Positions 13,501-26,891 are shown, counted from the whole stretch's first letter. The stretch: DNA of 63,492 bases, filler included, from Collodictyon triciliatum (GCA_043381765.1; 4 parts of 4 records of this genome joined end to end with filler, not necessarily neighbours in it), one strand, 5' to 3'. Numbers and translations: made by a program. The notes: generated from the sequence alone by a model not told the origin.

Positions 13501-13891
13501 GATTCGGGGGTGTTTGGATTCATTCCATCAGCACAATTACACGCATATATATATTTTTGTTCAATTTAATTTTAATTTCATTTGTAACACCAAGACGAGT
13601 AATCACATCGCAACTTCTTTTTCTTATTTTCTCTCTACTCCTCCGTGCTTTACCATACTATTTGCCGATTCCAACGTGCGTGCCCATCCCATCAGATCTG
13701 ACTCTGACGAGTGGGTTGTTCTGGCCTCCGATGGTCTGTGGGACGCCGTAACAGACGAGCAGGCTGCAAATGTGGTTCGTCGCTGCGGGAATCCGCGAGA
13801 GGCTTCGATAATGCTGAGGGACATGGCCTTCATGGGCGACAGTGCAGACAACATATCAATAATTGTGTTGAGACTGGGCCGGAATCAATAA
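10597..13891 (+). CDS. Leucine-rich-repeat + PP2C (PPM) protein phosphatase, multi-exon, 5' end lost at the join
   Basis: LRR exons (LKKLFISYNKIQKLPDTITNLKNL; LDISNNLLSSLP) followed by PP2C motifs RSEMED, FAVFDGHDG, SGSTA, ANVGDSRGIL, DHKP, LAVSRSFGD, VLASDGLWD and DNISIIV. Confidence 0.9.
10958..11085. repeat. (TTTGA)n/(TTTTG)n intronic microsatellite
   Basis: Visible pentanucleotide repeat. Confidence 0.95.
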
Positions 13892-14656
13892 ACATGGCAT
13901 TTGGCCAAGGCGGGATGCAGGAGAGGCCGATTGTTCATGTAGTAGTAATGATAATAGTGATTATAAAAAAATAGATGATAAAAAATGCTTGCAAAGGCAA
14001 AGCATTCGGATAATAGACTAAGCGGATTAGCTCTGTGCTGGGCCTGTCTCAATTTGCTGGTGTTGGGATATTGGCCTTTCTTACATAATTGACGCGTGGC
14101 TATAAACTCTAAATATTAACAAAAAGAATGAAGAAAGAGGGACACTGTTTGACGAAGTTTAGCTAGAGAATATGTTATTATTGTATTATCATTTTTATCA
14201 ATATGCAGTTGAGTTAAGAATGCTATTTGACGGACTAAGAGAAAATTGTTTGAAGGCGCTTCTTTTCTGCAGCCTCCTTCGTGCCGATTCTTTTGTGACA
14301 GAGAGTTACTTCTTCACTGGGTCATTGTTTGGATTCATAGTTAGGGTTCCAATCATGTATGCGCTACAACATTTCGCTTGAACTTTAATGGCCTCCTCTG
14401 ATGAGATTAGACGAGCCAATGCCCAAGCTACCCCGGGTCTTTCGAGACGATGATGGCGATGGCGATGGTGATGGCGATGCGGAGTGTATTCTAGGCGTAA
14501 TGAATAGACAAACTCAGCATAATAGCAAACTATTCTCGAAAACGACATATCGATTTCGCAAATTGGCGCTTTGTAAAGTGATTCAATCTCGCAGATATAT
14601 GTTCTGGTATGTTTGTGGGCAGAGAAAAATAGAAGGAATAGTATTGAATTTATCAC

Positions 14657-14750
<94 letters not shown>

Positions 14751-14771
14751 GTAATAATAGTAATAATAATA
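14657..14771. repeat. (AAT)n microsatellite
   Basis: Long trinucleotide run. Confidence 0.97.
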
Positions 14772-14899
14772 GTCCTTACCTGTGTTGTGCCATGTGCGTA
14801 TTGGCGATATCATTCCTCTATATGTATGTTTCATATTGGTTGTTGCTTCGAAGATATATCAGAATATAGATAATCACAACGGCGACGTCAGATATGGTG

Positions 14900-17181
14900 T
14901 TACTGTAGAAGTCAAATCACTTTGTAGTTGAGCTCGGTGGAATCCTTCGACGCCCCGTGGGAACCAAAGCCTGGGATGGCTTTATGAGTTGGGACACTTT
15001 GTTCAAATCGCTCCAATGAATCGCCCGACAGCAGTGAGTATGGTTGTGCAGAGGCTGAAAGAATCGACCTGTCCATCTACATATTTATTTTGACAAAGCA
15101 TCAACTATTTTAATTGAATTTAAGGATTGGGATGATTCCATCGATGTATATGCGCCATTAGTATACGAAAGCATAAAATAAGCACACGTTTCTTAGGATT
15201 ATAGAGTAGGCTGTTTGACATGATATACTTTGATTCCCTACATTTCTATTTTCAAACGCAAAATTACTCGGCAACTGAAAGGACGAAGCAATATCCCTAA
15301 TGAGCGGCGATATTGTAAATCAGTAACCAAGAACACCAAATAATGAACTGGTGTCATTCATTCATTCGTTATTTATTTTTCATCCCATTTAATATTATCT
15401 CGGAAATATTTTTCTTATATAACTAACATTCCTTTCGTTTGTGATGCATCAGTTGGCTATTTGAATAATTTTTTTTTGAATTTAGTACGATGTTGCCGTA
15501 AAATTATTTACACATTTTTCATTAAATAAAAATAAGAATAGACGCATCGCTGAGCTTCTATGGAACCTGATTCATTTGATTGGCCAGAAGGGTTGATGGG
15601 AATCTGAGGGCATCCAGGAATTTCGGTACATCGCGTTTATTCTATAAAGAGAGCAAACATAAACTGTCTAAATGGAACATTATGTCATTTTTCCCAATTT
15701 TTCAGATATTAGAATAGACAGAGCCTAAATGAATACATGAAAAAAAAATGAAGGAAAGAAAAGGGAAAGAAAATAACTCAGTAGGGCACCTGTTTGTAAA
15801 TTTTTTTGTGTTGCGTAATAAAGTATGCAATAGCAACATGACGGCAACCATTCTTCCAGGAGTTCAATGATCTTTTAGACATGTCAGTCTATTTACGTTA
15901 AACAGTTAAATTCGCACAAATAAGCCTAATTTTTAATATTTGCTGCATTAATACATCAGTCTACGTATAACTATATTCCAATATTTTTTTCTCAACATGC
16001 ATCTCGTGCCATGAATATATTACATCAACTTTAAAGAAGCAAGGCGGGTTTGTGCGGGATAACGCATTTGAAAGCTTTTTTTGCTCATCAACAATCCTGG
16101 ATATAATATCTAGTCGTGATTTTATAAGTGGACAAGTTGGACAACATTTGAAGGTGAATCGAATTTTGTCAATATAATTACTTGGTAGCTCTTGCTCTGT
16201 TATTTCACGCCTTTCAGGGTGGATAGGGTCTGTCCCTGTTTGGTGAGGATGTATTAGTTTATTTCTTTCCACAATAAAATTACTGAGCTGTAAAAAAATT
16301 CAATGATTGATTTATGTACATATTCGTACCTATTGATATTGATTTTGGTATGTTGACATTTTCTTCAGTCGGCTTCAGAATAAGTAGAGTAAGAATCCAT
16401 GCCAATCGATAAACTTTCATTTTTTTCTTTTCATGAAATATAACTGAAACCATAATACATACTAAATACCTTTTCTATCCCTTTCCTAGTTATAAATTCG
16501 TCATGTAAGGTTTGAATTAGTCCGTTGAAAGCGATCATAACCCTTTTTATTCGAACATTGTGCAGATATCAGGACAAATAAAAACATACAATATATCTTT
16601 CCTCTTGTCTACTTTTGGTCGCACTTTTGTGAAGACAAATTTTTCTGGAGCAGGACCTATTGTGGCTGTGAAGAAATCGGTTGATGATATTTTTTTTTGG
16701 AAAGAAAAATAATTCCCAAATAAAATTAAAATAATTAGAATTCCATTGAAAATATTTTGTATTGAAAGGAAATATCGAAAAATGGAACTTTGGGTATATT
16801 TGAATGAGAACAAAGACTTTTAATAATAATGAATTTTCTTATTTTCGTATACACGGCATATAATTGATCATTTTTAGTAAATCCTCATCCATTACATACC
16901 TTTCTTTCCTCCTCTCCGAGTAGGCTTCACCACTATGAAAGATAGCAATTCAGTTCATACATCCCAAAAGATCGAAAAGAAAACCTTAAAATACTCACTA
17001 GAATCCCTAATGATGGACCAGTCATTCTCTGCAACAACTGAAGATAAAGGAATTAACCGAAGAAGCATGGTTTCCATGTCCTCATTAGTGTCCTATTACA
17101 TATAAAAAAATCGGTGAAATAATCGAGAGAAGCATAAATCCATTTAATATTCAATAGTTCATGGAACCCCCCCCCCCCCCC

Positions 17182-17212
<31 letters not shown>

Positions 17213-20090
17213 AGAAGAAAAAACCTTAGGCGTTTGAATTGCTTTTCTGATTCTTCCCTGCTCAATTAATTTTTAAGGTTTTGATTAAATTAAAAAACTG
17301 TGAGCATAAAATACATTTGAGCAATTGATTTTGAGTATGTGCTGAACCATCACTTGCCTCAAATATTATTTCTGATGAGGCTTTCCTTTTCTTCCGATGC
17401 TTCGCAATAGTTGAGGTGGCATCATATTTTTCATGAAACCCTATAGATAAAATAATGAATTTTATTCGAATATTACTATTTCTTTGAAATAAAGATATCA
17501 ACGTTTCTCTTCTCTCTCTACCTAAATGCTCGTCGTGGTATCCGTTGCGTTCCTATGTTCGAAGTTTGAGATTAGATTTTTATCCCTTATTTTATTTAAT
17601 GTCTTATTCATATAAATGTAGACTACATGATAAAATATCTGTCACTGGATCTAAATATTTTTTTTTATGAAAATATGAATTCATTCGTTCTATGCGATAA
17701 AGCACAAATTCGCTTGGTTTCCTACAGACCGTATAGTATCTCACAAAATGCTTGTCAAATGCTCTTTTAGAGTGGAGTGCACGTGTTTGAATTAAAGTGT
17801 TGTCGACCTGCTCCATGCCCAACATATTTGGATGCGGAAAATAGCTATAACTTGATATACTTTTGGTGATTGTGTCATTGAAAGAATCCATAGTTATCCT
17901 CTTTGGTAACATAGAATGGCTGTGTTCATCCAATTCCATCAAAATACTCTTGGGTAATAGTTGCGTGAATTTTATTCTCCCATTGGTAATTTTTAAATCG
18001 ACCGAAGGTTCTATTACAATGCGAAGGATTTGAGCACAATAACACACAATTAGGTAAATCACAAAAGTATAATTCCTCTCAAAATTCCTTTCATGACACA
18101 AATGATAATAGAAATAAAAATATGATTCACCTTCGACAGTTATCTCTTGTGACTGTTCATAAGTCTCGATGGTATCTTCTGTTTTGTTTTGTTCTTTTTT
18201 TTAAAAAAAAATAAAAGATAAAAGAAAAAAGCATTAAGTTAGACAAAGAAATGAGGCACCTAAAATTCTCAGGGTTGAGGTTAACCAATAGAAAAAAGTG
18301 CCTGGCGTGTGTATATATTCGACGACTTTGGTCATTGGGGTATCATCATTGGATGTGACTGGCTCATCCGGCAGAGCACACGAAAAGCTTTCTTCGTTGT
18401 GGGGATTGCTTGGTTCGCCTAAATGAGAATGATTCCATAAATTTCACCGACAATTTCCAATTTGAACAAACAGTTTCCAGATTAAGAAATAGTTTTGTCG
18501 GGGATTCTTAGAATAGTCATATACATGGCGAATCTGCGTAGAGTGCCGGGGTGTTTGGTTCTTGGGTGTCGACTGGCAGTATAGTCGAATTGCTTTCTGT
18601 CTCTGGTATGATATGCTCTTCATAAACCTCACTGGTGTCTAAAGTAGTCGACAGTGTGTTTGGTTGTAATATCTCATCCTTCGGTGCGGTTTGGTGATTT
18701 TCTTGTCCTTCATCTTGTTCTTCATTTTGTTCCATCGGCGAATCGTTTTTGGTAAATAAGTCAAACTCTCGTTCAATGCCATTTTCGTGCTCTATACCTT
18801 CAAATACTTTGGAATTACCGCGAACTAGATTGCTCGAGTTCATAATGCTTTCAATAATTTCGATGTCTGGGCACATATTAATTTCCAATCCAGCATCAGA
18901 CACTGGTTCATGACTTTCTCTTGTTTCCTGTAATATATTTTCATCTGCAACTTGATCAGCCAATTTTGAATGATCAGACTCTCCTGTATTTTCAAAGCTG
19001 CCAGGATTCACTATACAGGTGTCCAAAATTTCTCTACCGTCTGTATTCGTTTCAAAAATGTCGACCATTTCATGTTGATTGATTTCTGATATGCGGCCAC
19101 TTTCATCAGCAGTCTAAGCGAGTTTTCAATTACATGAAACACAATTAGGACAGCCAGCAATGCGCCTCGAGGTTTATACTTTCGGTATTATCAATACACA
19201 ACAGACTAATTACAACTAAAATTCAAAACTTGCAGTTGTAAACATAGTACCATGGAAATATAATTATTTCAGAACTCCCCCCAAAAAACAGTATCTTATT
19301 CACCATCTTAACATAACGAAAGTAGTTACTCACGGAATCGACGGGTGGTGGGGGTGTTAGAAACGCTTCATCATTTTTTGGAGGTGCGTCTGTTTCGTAT
19401 TTGCCTTCACAGCTTGATGATATTGGGGTGTTGGACTCTGCAAATGAACTGTCCACCTTAGAAATATCTGGTTTCTGAATATGATGGGGCGACTCTGGTT
19501 CACTGCCAACCGAGGAGCGTCCTTTGACTGGGGTCTCTGCTCTGGAGGACCGACTTTTCCTGCGATGGACTTCGTCGGACACTGGCGAGCTGAGAATCCT
19601 AGTTGGTTTTTTTGAACTTCGGAGCACCATAGGTTGTTCCTTTAATTTTCGGAGTCTAGTCTGCATTTCGGATATTCTACTTCACCTACACAAATTTTCA
19701 AAGGATTGACAACAAACAGATGATATCATATAACCCATTGAATCAAGGTAGAACATCCAGCATACAGATGAAAATAAGCGCAGAAAAATGGGGATGTAAA
19801 GTAGACATATTTCGCCATGGTTGGTCTCTGCTTACACGAAAAAGGTATCATTACGATTCAAAGGTAACGAATTTTAGGGGTTTTGGGTTCGACTAAAACA
19901 ACAAGAAGGAAGGACAAAAGTGAAGGTTTGCTAAAAGTACAGGAGAGCTCTGCGCATTTGGTCGAGAAAGCTGGGAGGTGGTTGGGCAGTAGTCTACACA
20001 AAAATTATGGGTTTTTTTGTTCTTACCTGATCCCTCTTTAGTTGTTTTGTTTTCTCCCTTTCAGAACTTGGCGCTAAAAAGAATTCAGAT
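14900..20090 (-). CDS. Large multi-exon hypothetical protein (disordered S/E/K-rich N-terminus, globular-looking C-terminal part); ends uncertain
   Basis: Long minus-strand open exons (19223-19666, 18517-19068, 17604-18101, 15961-16272) linked by GT-AG-bounded small exons. No family recognised. Confidence 0.55.
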
Positions 20091-20919
20091 CGAATCCGAC
20101 CTTACCCGCAGAAGCTTTCTAGTGTTGTGTCAGAGGAGGATACTAAAAAAAAAAGAAAAAGAAAGAAATATATGCAAGTAAAGAATAAGAAAATGAAAGA
20201 AGGTAGGAATCTATGAAGAACCAATCAAAGAGAAAACCAGAAAGGCTCAGGCAAAGCAAGCATAAAGCTATCAACAAAGCTTTATGGTCAGCTCCGTCGA
20301 TCTTGCGCCCAAAGAGTAAATTCAGCACAGGAGAAACTGCATGATCGGCTCCAAAACTTCGCTTGGTGAGTAAACCAACACCGTCCGCCCTGAGACGATG
20401 CCTACGAACTCGACCCCCCACTCGAACTGTCTTTTATCACATCTTGTGTCTTTATCCTGTTTTCTATCTTCTTTTTCTTTTCTATTTTTTTCTTAGTCGA
20501 GAAGGTCGAGTCCAAAGCGAAATGGAAAAAACTTGGGCGACCTTTTTGAACTGAATTTTTTTTTTTTTTAAAGAATTCCCTTTTTTCGCTATAATAGCGA
20601 AACCAATAGTCGTTGTGGCGCGCAGAACAAAAAAGGCAGCTTTCTTGTGCACCTTATTGTGGAAATTATACAACAAATGTTTATTAGCCAATATATATCG
20701 CATGATAAAATGCTTGAATCTGTAAATCTGCCCGAATCAATACCCGGCAAGAAAATAGGATATGGGCGAAGTAATTGTATCAACACTGCCCTTCGCTAAC
20801 GGATATCAAGCAGCTAAAATCTGGAAATTATATGTGGTCACCTTTCTCCCACAACCCTGCCTCAAACACTTTTTCGCTTCAAAAATCAAGAAAAATCAAG
20901 AAAAATCAAGAAAAGTCAA

Positions 20920-21053
20920 GAAAAAAGAAAGAGAAAAAAAGAAAGAGAAAAAAAGAAAGAGAAAAAAGAGAGAGAAAAGAGAGAGAGAAAAAGAGAGAGA
21001 AAAAGAGAGAGAAAAAAGAGAGAGAAAAAAGAGAGAGAAAAAAGAGAGAGAAA
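20920..21053. repeat. GA-rich low-complexity repeat
   Basis: Purine-only run ending at a gap. Confidence 0.9.
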
Positions 21054-21559
21054 ANNNNNNNNNNNNNNNNNNNNNNNNNNNNNNNNNNNNNNNNNNNNNN
21101 NNNNNNNNNNNNNNNNNNNNNNNNNNNNNNNNNNNNNNNNNNNNNNNNNNNNNNNNNNNNNNNNNNNNNNNNNNNNNNNNNNNNNNNNNNNNNNNNNNNN
21201 NNNNNNNNNNNNNNNNNNNNNNNNNNNNNNNNNNNNNNNNNNNNNNNNNNNNNNNNNNNNNNNNNNNNNNNNNNNNNNNNNNNNNNNNNNNNNNNNNNNN
21301 NNNNNNNNNNNNNNNNNNNNNNNNNNNNNNNNNNNNNNNNNNNNNNNNNNNNNNNNNNNNNNNNNNNNNNNNNNNNNNNNNNNNNNNNNNNNNNNNNNNN
21401 NNNNNNNNNNNNNNNNNNNNNNNNNNNNNNNNNNNNNNNNNNNNNNNNNNNNNNNNNNNNNNNNNNNNNNNNNNNNNNNNNNNNNNNNNNNNNNNNNNNN
21501 NNNNNNNNNNNNNNNNNNNNCCCCCATTAATGATGATAAAATGTGGATCGATGATTCAT

Positions 21560-24037
21560 ATTGAAGCAAATACCACGTTTCAGAGATAAAGTTGGTTACA
21601 TTCCATATAAAACAGATTGCGAGAAGATTCTCTTCTCTATCTCCTGGATAAAGGCATCCTCAGGTTCGAAGACTTTGGAATAATACTCAAGAGCCTTGAT
21701 CAGATTTTCGATGATGTCGTTTTCGCTGTTGGGATATGCGCATGGGATTTCAGTAAACCAGAACGATTGAAAGCTAACAGGCCAAATGAAATAGGTGGAA
21801 TAATCAATAATCATAGAGAAGCGACAAATCATCACCAAAGCATACGGTCGATCGTGTGGAGTTCCTCAACAATATCTTCGTGCTTTTCGTCAGTGAAGAT
21901 TCTATATAACAAACAGATAAAATGGCCTTGGTCAAAATTAAAATTAGCAGCATATCCCGACAGAAAGTACAATTCTAGAGGAGAATATTCATACAGCGAT
22001 CGCTTCTTGAAAAGATCTGATATGTCCTCATAAACTCGGCCAATTTTCATGTATTCTCCAGGCTCTTTTGAGAGTAATTCTTGGAGTTCAGCTTTCTTGC
22101 CCTCGATGTGACCATCCAACTCTGCAACCTCTTTGTCCAGGGCACGCTTTAGGCCCTCGAAATACCTCTTTGCTTCTGCTTCACTGTGGAGGACGATACT
22201 ATTTGCTTGATATAGTTAGTTATTTTCCCAAATTTTTCGATGGACATGGCTTGGTTAATTGATAAAGAAAAGGGGGAAACAATATGATAATTTATTGTTT
22301 GGTTTGGGCTTCACTAATGTTTTCAAATTTGCTGGGGCGAGACGAGAATATTTTGCACGAACCCTGTCATGAATTTCGATATTTAACTATTGCCATTGTT
22401 CTTCGCATATGATTTTTTTTAATCATATAAAAGATTGGTCAGGAATAATATGAGAGTGGAAATACTGGAGAACGTCGAAGATAAATGATACTCAGAAAAG
22501 AGTCACAGAGATAACATGAATCAAAGTGCAATTCAAAAACCTTTTTTTGTTGTCTTCATAAATCTGACTGGCTCTTCGTCACTGGCTTCTTCTTTACCCT
22601 TGGCAGGCTCTTCAACCTTGGCTGATTTTTTAACTTTGACAGGCTTTTCAACCTTGACTGGCTCATTGACCTTGACTGGCTCCTCGACCCTGACAGGCTC
22701 TTCAACCTTGACAGGTTCTTCAACCTTGACTGGCTCTTCGACATTGACAGGCTCTTCGACGTTAACTGGCTCTTCAACCTTGACAGGCTCTTCAACCTTG
22801 ACTAGCTCTTCGACCTTGACTGGCTCCTCGACCTTGACTGGTTCTTCAACCTTGACTGGCTCTTCGACGTTAACTGGCTCTTCAACCTTGACTGGCTCCT
22901 CGACATTGACTGGCTCTTCGACCTTGACAGGCTCTTCAACCTTGACAGGTTCTTCAACCTTGACTGGCTCTTCGACATTAACTGGCTCTTCGACCTTGAC
23001 AGGCTCTTCAACCTTGACTGGCTCCTCAACCTTGACAGGCTCTTCAACCTTGACTGGCTCTTCGACGTTAACTGGCTCTTCGACATTAACTGGCTCTTCA
23101 ACCTTGACAGGTTCTTCAACCTTGACAGGTTCTTCGACCTTGACTGGCTCTTCGACCTTGACTGGCTCTTCAACCTTGACTGGCTCCTCGACCCTGACAG
23201 GCTCTTCGATATTAACTGGCTCTTCGACCTTGACTGGCTCTTCAACCTTGACTGGCTCCTCGACGTTAACTGGCCTCATAGTTACCGAAGCCCTGCTCCC
23301 TTTCGCTGTAAACATAAAATTGTTTCGAGAATTGCGGTTATTTTGTAGAGTTTCACCATCCACATACAAACTTGAGTCTATTTCAACAATTTGAACAACA
23401 TGGTATAAAAAAATGCACACAAAAGTGTTCGTCTACCAGAGGTGTACAATTCTGATATACCTCATACTTAAATGATTGGTGGCTTGATTGTTTGAATGTG
23501 AAAATACAGACCTGAAGGATATAGTTTCTCAGACAGTGCTTGAAAAGCATATGCGCGGTTGACACCGAAGACATCTAAAAAAATGCGATTTTTGTTGCTT
23601 CAGAAGAGGAAATGGGCATAAAGAAACTCATCGGGTAAAGGTAAACTTTCTGTTTCAATAAATGAGACCTTCAGGCTTGAAGGTCGGCAGGTTGCGGCTC
23701 CTGATATTGTTAAAGGACTTGCATAACACGTCAACGTTTGTGCTTTTCTTGAAGCCAGTGAGGACTGTTTCACTACGCATAAATAAAATGTATGGTTGCC
23801 ACTTGTTTGTGCGCGTATATAACAATATAAATTAGATCATCAGAAATAAAGAAATCCGATATGGTCAGCTTGTAGATGTTCTCAACACTTACGGGGAGGA
23901 GCGCTTGTTCACGGCGATCTTGGGATCGACGCTTTTGAGAAGAAGCAAAAAGTAAACGCCGTCGGAAACATCTTGATCGGCGTTCTTTGCCTCTAGCCCA
24001 AGGGGCTTAAGGTTCTCGTTCAACCAGCTTAAAGCCT
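21560..24037 (-). CDS. Calponin-homology-like domain + (K/N)VEEPV repeat + coiled-coil protein; partial at both ends
   Basis: Exon 23893-24037 reads ALSWLNENLKPLGLEAKNADQDVSDGVYFLLLLKSVDP (CH helix 1 plus DG motif). ORF 22533-23420 carries the repeat. Downstream exons are helical (EAEAKRYFEGLKRALDKEVAELDGHIE). Confidence 0.65.
22600..23275 (-). repeat. 18-bp coding tandem repeat (about 37 units) encoding (K/N/R)VEEPV
   Basis: Units such as ttgactggctcttcaacc; most variation is synonymous in the KVEEPV frame. Confidence 0.95.
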
Positions 24038-24223
24038 GGGGCCGACATATTACAGTGGGAGGATTTATTGTTCTTTAAAGTGTAAACTTGCTTGACTGTA
24101 AAGATTTCCTTTTGTCATCTTTCTCTTTTTTTTTTTTAATTTTTTATTTTTCTTATAAAACAATTCTATGTTTTTATCACACGTCAGGCTTCAAAGACGG
24201 CCAGAGAAAAGGTAAAGTCGAGA

Positions 24224-24323
24224 NNNNNNNNNNNNNNNNNNNNNNNNNNNNNNNNNNNNNNNNNNNNTTAATTAATTAANNNNNNNNNNNNNNNNNNNNN
24301 NNNNNNNNNNNNNNNNNNNNNNN
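24224..24323. other. Artificial scaffold linker N44-TTAATTAATTAA-N44
   Basis: Same 100-bp spacer; TTAATTAATTAA at 24268-24279. Confidence 0.95.
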
Positions 24324-24412
24324 TTTTTTTTTGGTTTTTTTTTTTTTTTTGTTTTTTTTTTTTTTTTTTTTTTTGATTTGAAGGACAATAAAGAGGAGAG
24401 AAAGGCACGTAC

Positions 24413-24795
24413 AGGAATGCCCGGGATGACGCCGAGAAGAGGCAGCGTGATCTTCCAGAGGATGTTCGGGTTGACCAGTTTGCGGTTGTAATACGCGGAC
24501 GAGATGAACGGATTGTTCCAGCTGTCATAGTGCAGTGCGGTGGCAACTAGGCCTGTCGAGAGCAAAGAGGCGGTTTTATGTAAGCAGCTTTGCATATGTA
24601 TATGTATTTATTGGGTGAGTGTGTCCATAAGCAAGCGAGACAGGTAGGCTGGGAGTAAAGCGAAGGATAGCAGGTTGTTAGGTTGAGCCTTTTGGTCGGG
24701 TCTTGCAAATCTTTAGTGCTGTGGGAAGTTTTGAGTGTGTCTGTACCGAGGCTGAAGAAGAGGAAAGCACACGTCCAGGGGCTGCGGATGGCCAT
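24413..24795 (-). CDS. First two exons of a putative secreted protein; 3' end lost at the join
   Basis: ATG at 24795, exon MAIRSPWTCAFLFFSL|gtacag...gacag|GLVATALHYDSWNNPFISSAYYNRKLVNPNILWKITLPLLGVIPGIP|gtacgt. The N-terminus looks like a signal peptide. Confidence 0.6.
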
Positions 24796-24907
24796 GGCAA
24801 AAGTCTGTTTGAAGAGGGTTTTTTTTTTTGTTTTGTCTTTATATTTTTATCTTTTGAAAAGAAAAGTATATTTCCTGCAAAATAACTCTAGTTGCATGCC
24901 ATCTCAG

Positions 24908-24995
24908 AAAAAGGGAATCCAGCCCAGAATCTTTGATCGCATCAAGACTTTTGAGGACGAGAAAGTCCAGTTCTTCATTGGCGATCTCCAAAAAG
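24908..24995 (+). CDS. Isolated internal exon of an NSDHL/3-beta-HSD-like dehydrogenase
   Basis: AG/GT-bounded exon KKGIQPRIFDRIKTFEDEKVQFFIGDLQK resembles the NSDHL segment following the Rossmann glycine motif. No upstream GxxGxxG exon is visible. Confidence 0.6.
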
Positions 24996-25131
24996 GTGTC
25001 CTCTTGCTCACCTCATTGTGAAATTGGAGCAGTTTTAATTGATATGTTTGAGCCACCTATTGAATTAAATATGTTAACTCCTTTCCTTCTGAACCAAAGG
25101 AAATCCCTATCATAGCTTATCTGTAGTTTGC

Positions 25132-25340
25132 AAGAAGGCAAGCGAGCGATTACGCTCTGGATTCTATGCGCTAGCTTGCTTCCTATGCGGGCAATATAAA
25201 CTACATATGCACTGCTTTCATCAGAGCCCATGAGCTTTGCCCAATTGTTGGCAGCTGTGGTTTGGTTGGGACGCCATCCGGCATAGTCCCGTGTCCAGGA
25301 AGGTTGGATGGGAGTCAGGTATATCTTTTTATCGCGCGTT
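25132..25340. repeat. About 210-bp direct repeat, copy 1 (copy 2 at 27531-27739)
   Basis: Near-identical sequence agaaggcaagcg...atcgcgcgttt, with roughly ten substitutions counted by eye. Confidence 0.95.
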
Positions 25341-25419
25341 TATATCTTTAGTTTGAGACGAGGAAGCAGCAGCAGCAACTACAACGAGAGCCGAGACAAA
25401 AGATGTGATCCGCCGTGGT

Positions 25420-25780
25420 TTACTTTGTGAGACGACCCCAGATGTGGAGGAGAATCACGACACCGATGAAGGACAGGCTCATCACGAGGACAGCATACGG
25501 CCCGCTGCAGTACGGGAGAAAACAGAGTCAGATGCGGGCTGTTGGCTCATTTGCCGTCTGCTGAAAGACACGGGCTCATCGAACGTTATCGCACGAGGTA
25601 AATGCATCACGCAGTTGGCCGTGAGATTCAACCGCCGTGCGCGGCATTGCGTGAGTCCCGAGTGGATGGTGTGTGTGGAGGTTGTGGGCGACTTACAGCT
25701 TGATTCCTGGGGCGTCATCTTGGAACAGGCGTAGAGCACCGGCAGAAGCAGACGGGGCGGATCCTTGGGTCTTGGTGTGA
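25420..25780 (-). CDS. SEC61B: Protein translocon Sec61 beta subunit, last two exons
   Basis: Spliced: HTKTQGSAPSASAGALRLFQDDAPGIKL|GPYAVLVMSLSFIGVVILLHIWGRLTK*, matching the Sec61-beta C-terminal signature. Confidence 0.92.
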
Positions 25781-26891
25781 CTGTGGCGTATGTCACGAAG
25801 GCAATTTTAATAGAAAAGACATNNNNNNNNNNNNNNNNNNNNNNNNNNNNNNNNNNNNNNNNNNNNNNNNNNNNNNNNNNNNNNNNNNNNNNNNNNNNNN
25901 NNNNNNNNNNNNNNNNNNNNNNNNNNNNNNNNNNNNNNNNNNNNNNNNNNNNNNNNNNNNNNNNNNNNNNNNNNNNNNNNNNNNNNNNNNNNNNNNNNNN
26001 NNNNNNNNNNNNNNNNNNNNNNNNNNNNNNNNNNNNNNNNNNNNNNNNNNNNNNNNNNNNNNNNNNNNNNNNNNNNNNNNNNNNNNNNNNNNNNNNNNNN
26101 NNNNNNNNNNNNNNNNNNNNNNNNNNNNNNNNNNNNNNNNNNNNNNNNNNNNNNNNNNNNNNNNNNNNNNNNNNNNNNNNNNNNNNNNNNNNNNNNNNNN
26201 NNNNNNNNNNNNNNNNNNNNNNNNNNNNNNNNNNNNNNNNNNNNNNNNNNNNNNNNNNNNNNNNNNNNNNNNNNNNNNNNNNNNNNNNNNNNNNNNNNNN
26301 NNNNNNNNNNNNNNNNNNNNNNNNNNNNNNNNNNNNNNNNNNNNNNNNNNNNNNNNNNNNNNNNNNNNNNNNNNNNNNNNNNNNNNNNNNNNNNNNNNNN
26401 NNNNNNNNNNNNNNNNNNNNNNNNNNNNNNNNNNNNNNNNNNNNNNNNNNNNNNNNNNNNNNNNNNNNNNNNNNNNNNNNNNNNNNNNNNNNNNNNNNNN
26501 NNNNNNNNNNNNNNNNNNNNNNNNNNNNNNNNNNNNNNNNNNNNNNNNNNNNNNNNNNNNNNNNNNNNNNNNNNNNNNNNNNNNNNNNNNNNNNNNNNNN
26601 NNNNNNNNNNNNNNNNNNNNNNNNNNNNNNNNNNNNNNNNNNNNNNNNNNNNNNNNNNNNNNNNNNNNNNNNNNNNNNNNNNNNNNNNNNNNNNNNNNNN
26701 NNNNATTATCAGAAATGGAGAGAGAATATAGATAAACACTCTACGCCTTGAAGTTTTTTTTTTGGTGAACCCTAGAATCACAAGGAAGATTTCACAGACC
26801 TTTGCAACTCATACGCCGATGCCGAAAAAATAAATCTTTACTCTGTAATGATGCTGACAAACGGTTATTTCCTATGCAACCAAACAACCAG

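Noticed and set aside
22600..23275. Repeat array as a CRISPR
   Set aside because: Contiguous 18-bp units with no unique spacers, inside a eukaryotic coding exon, with no cas genes.
22516..23394. Plus-strand ORF of (LTGSST)n resembling ice-nucleation or antifreeze repeats
   Set aside because: It is the antisense shadow of the KVEEPV repeat; the flanking spliced exons are on the minus strand.
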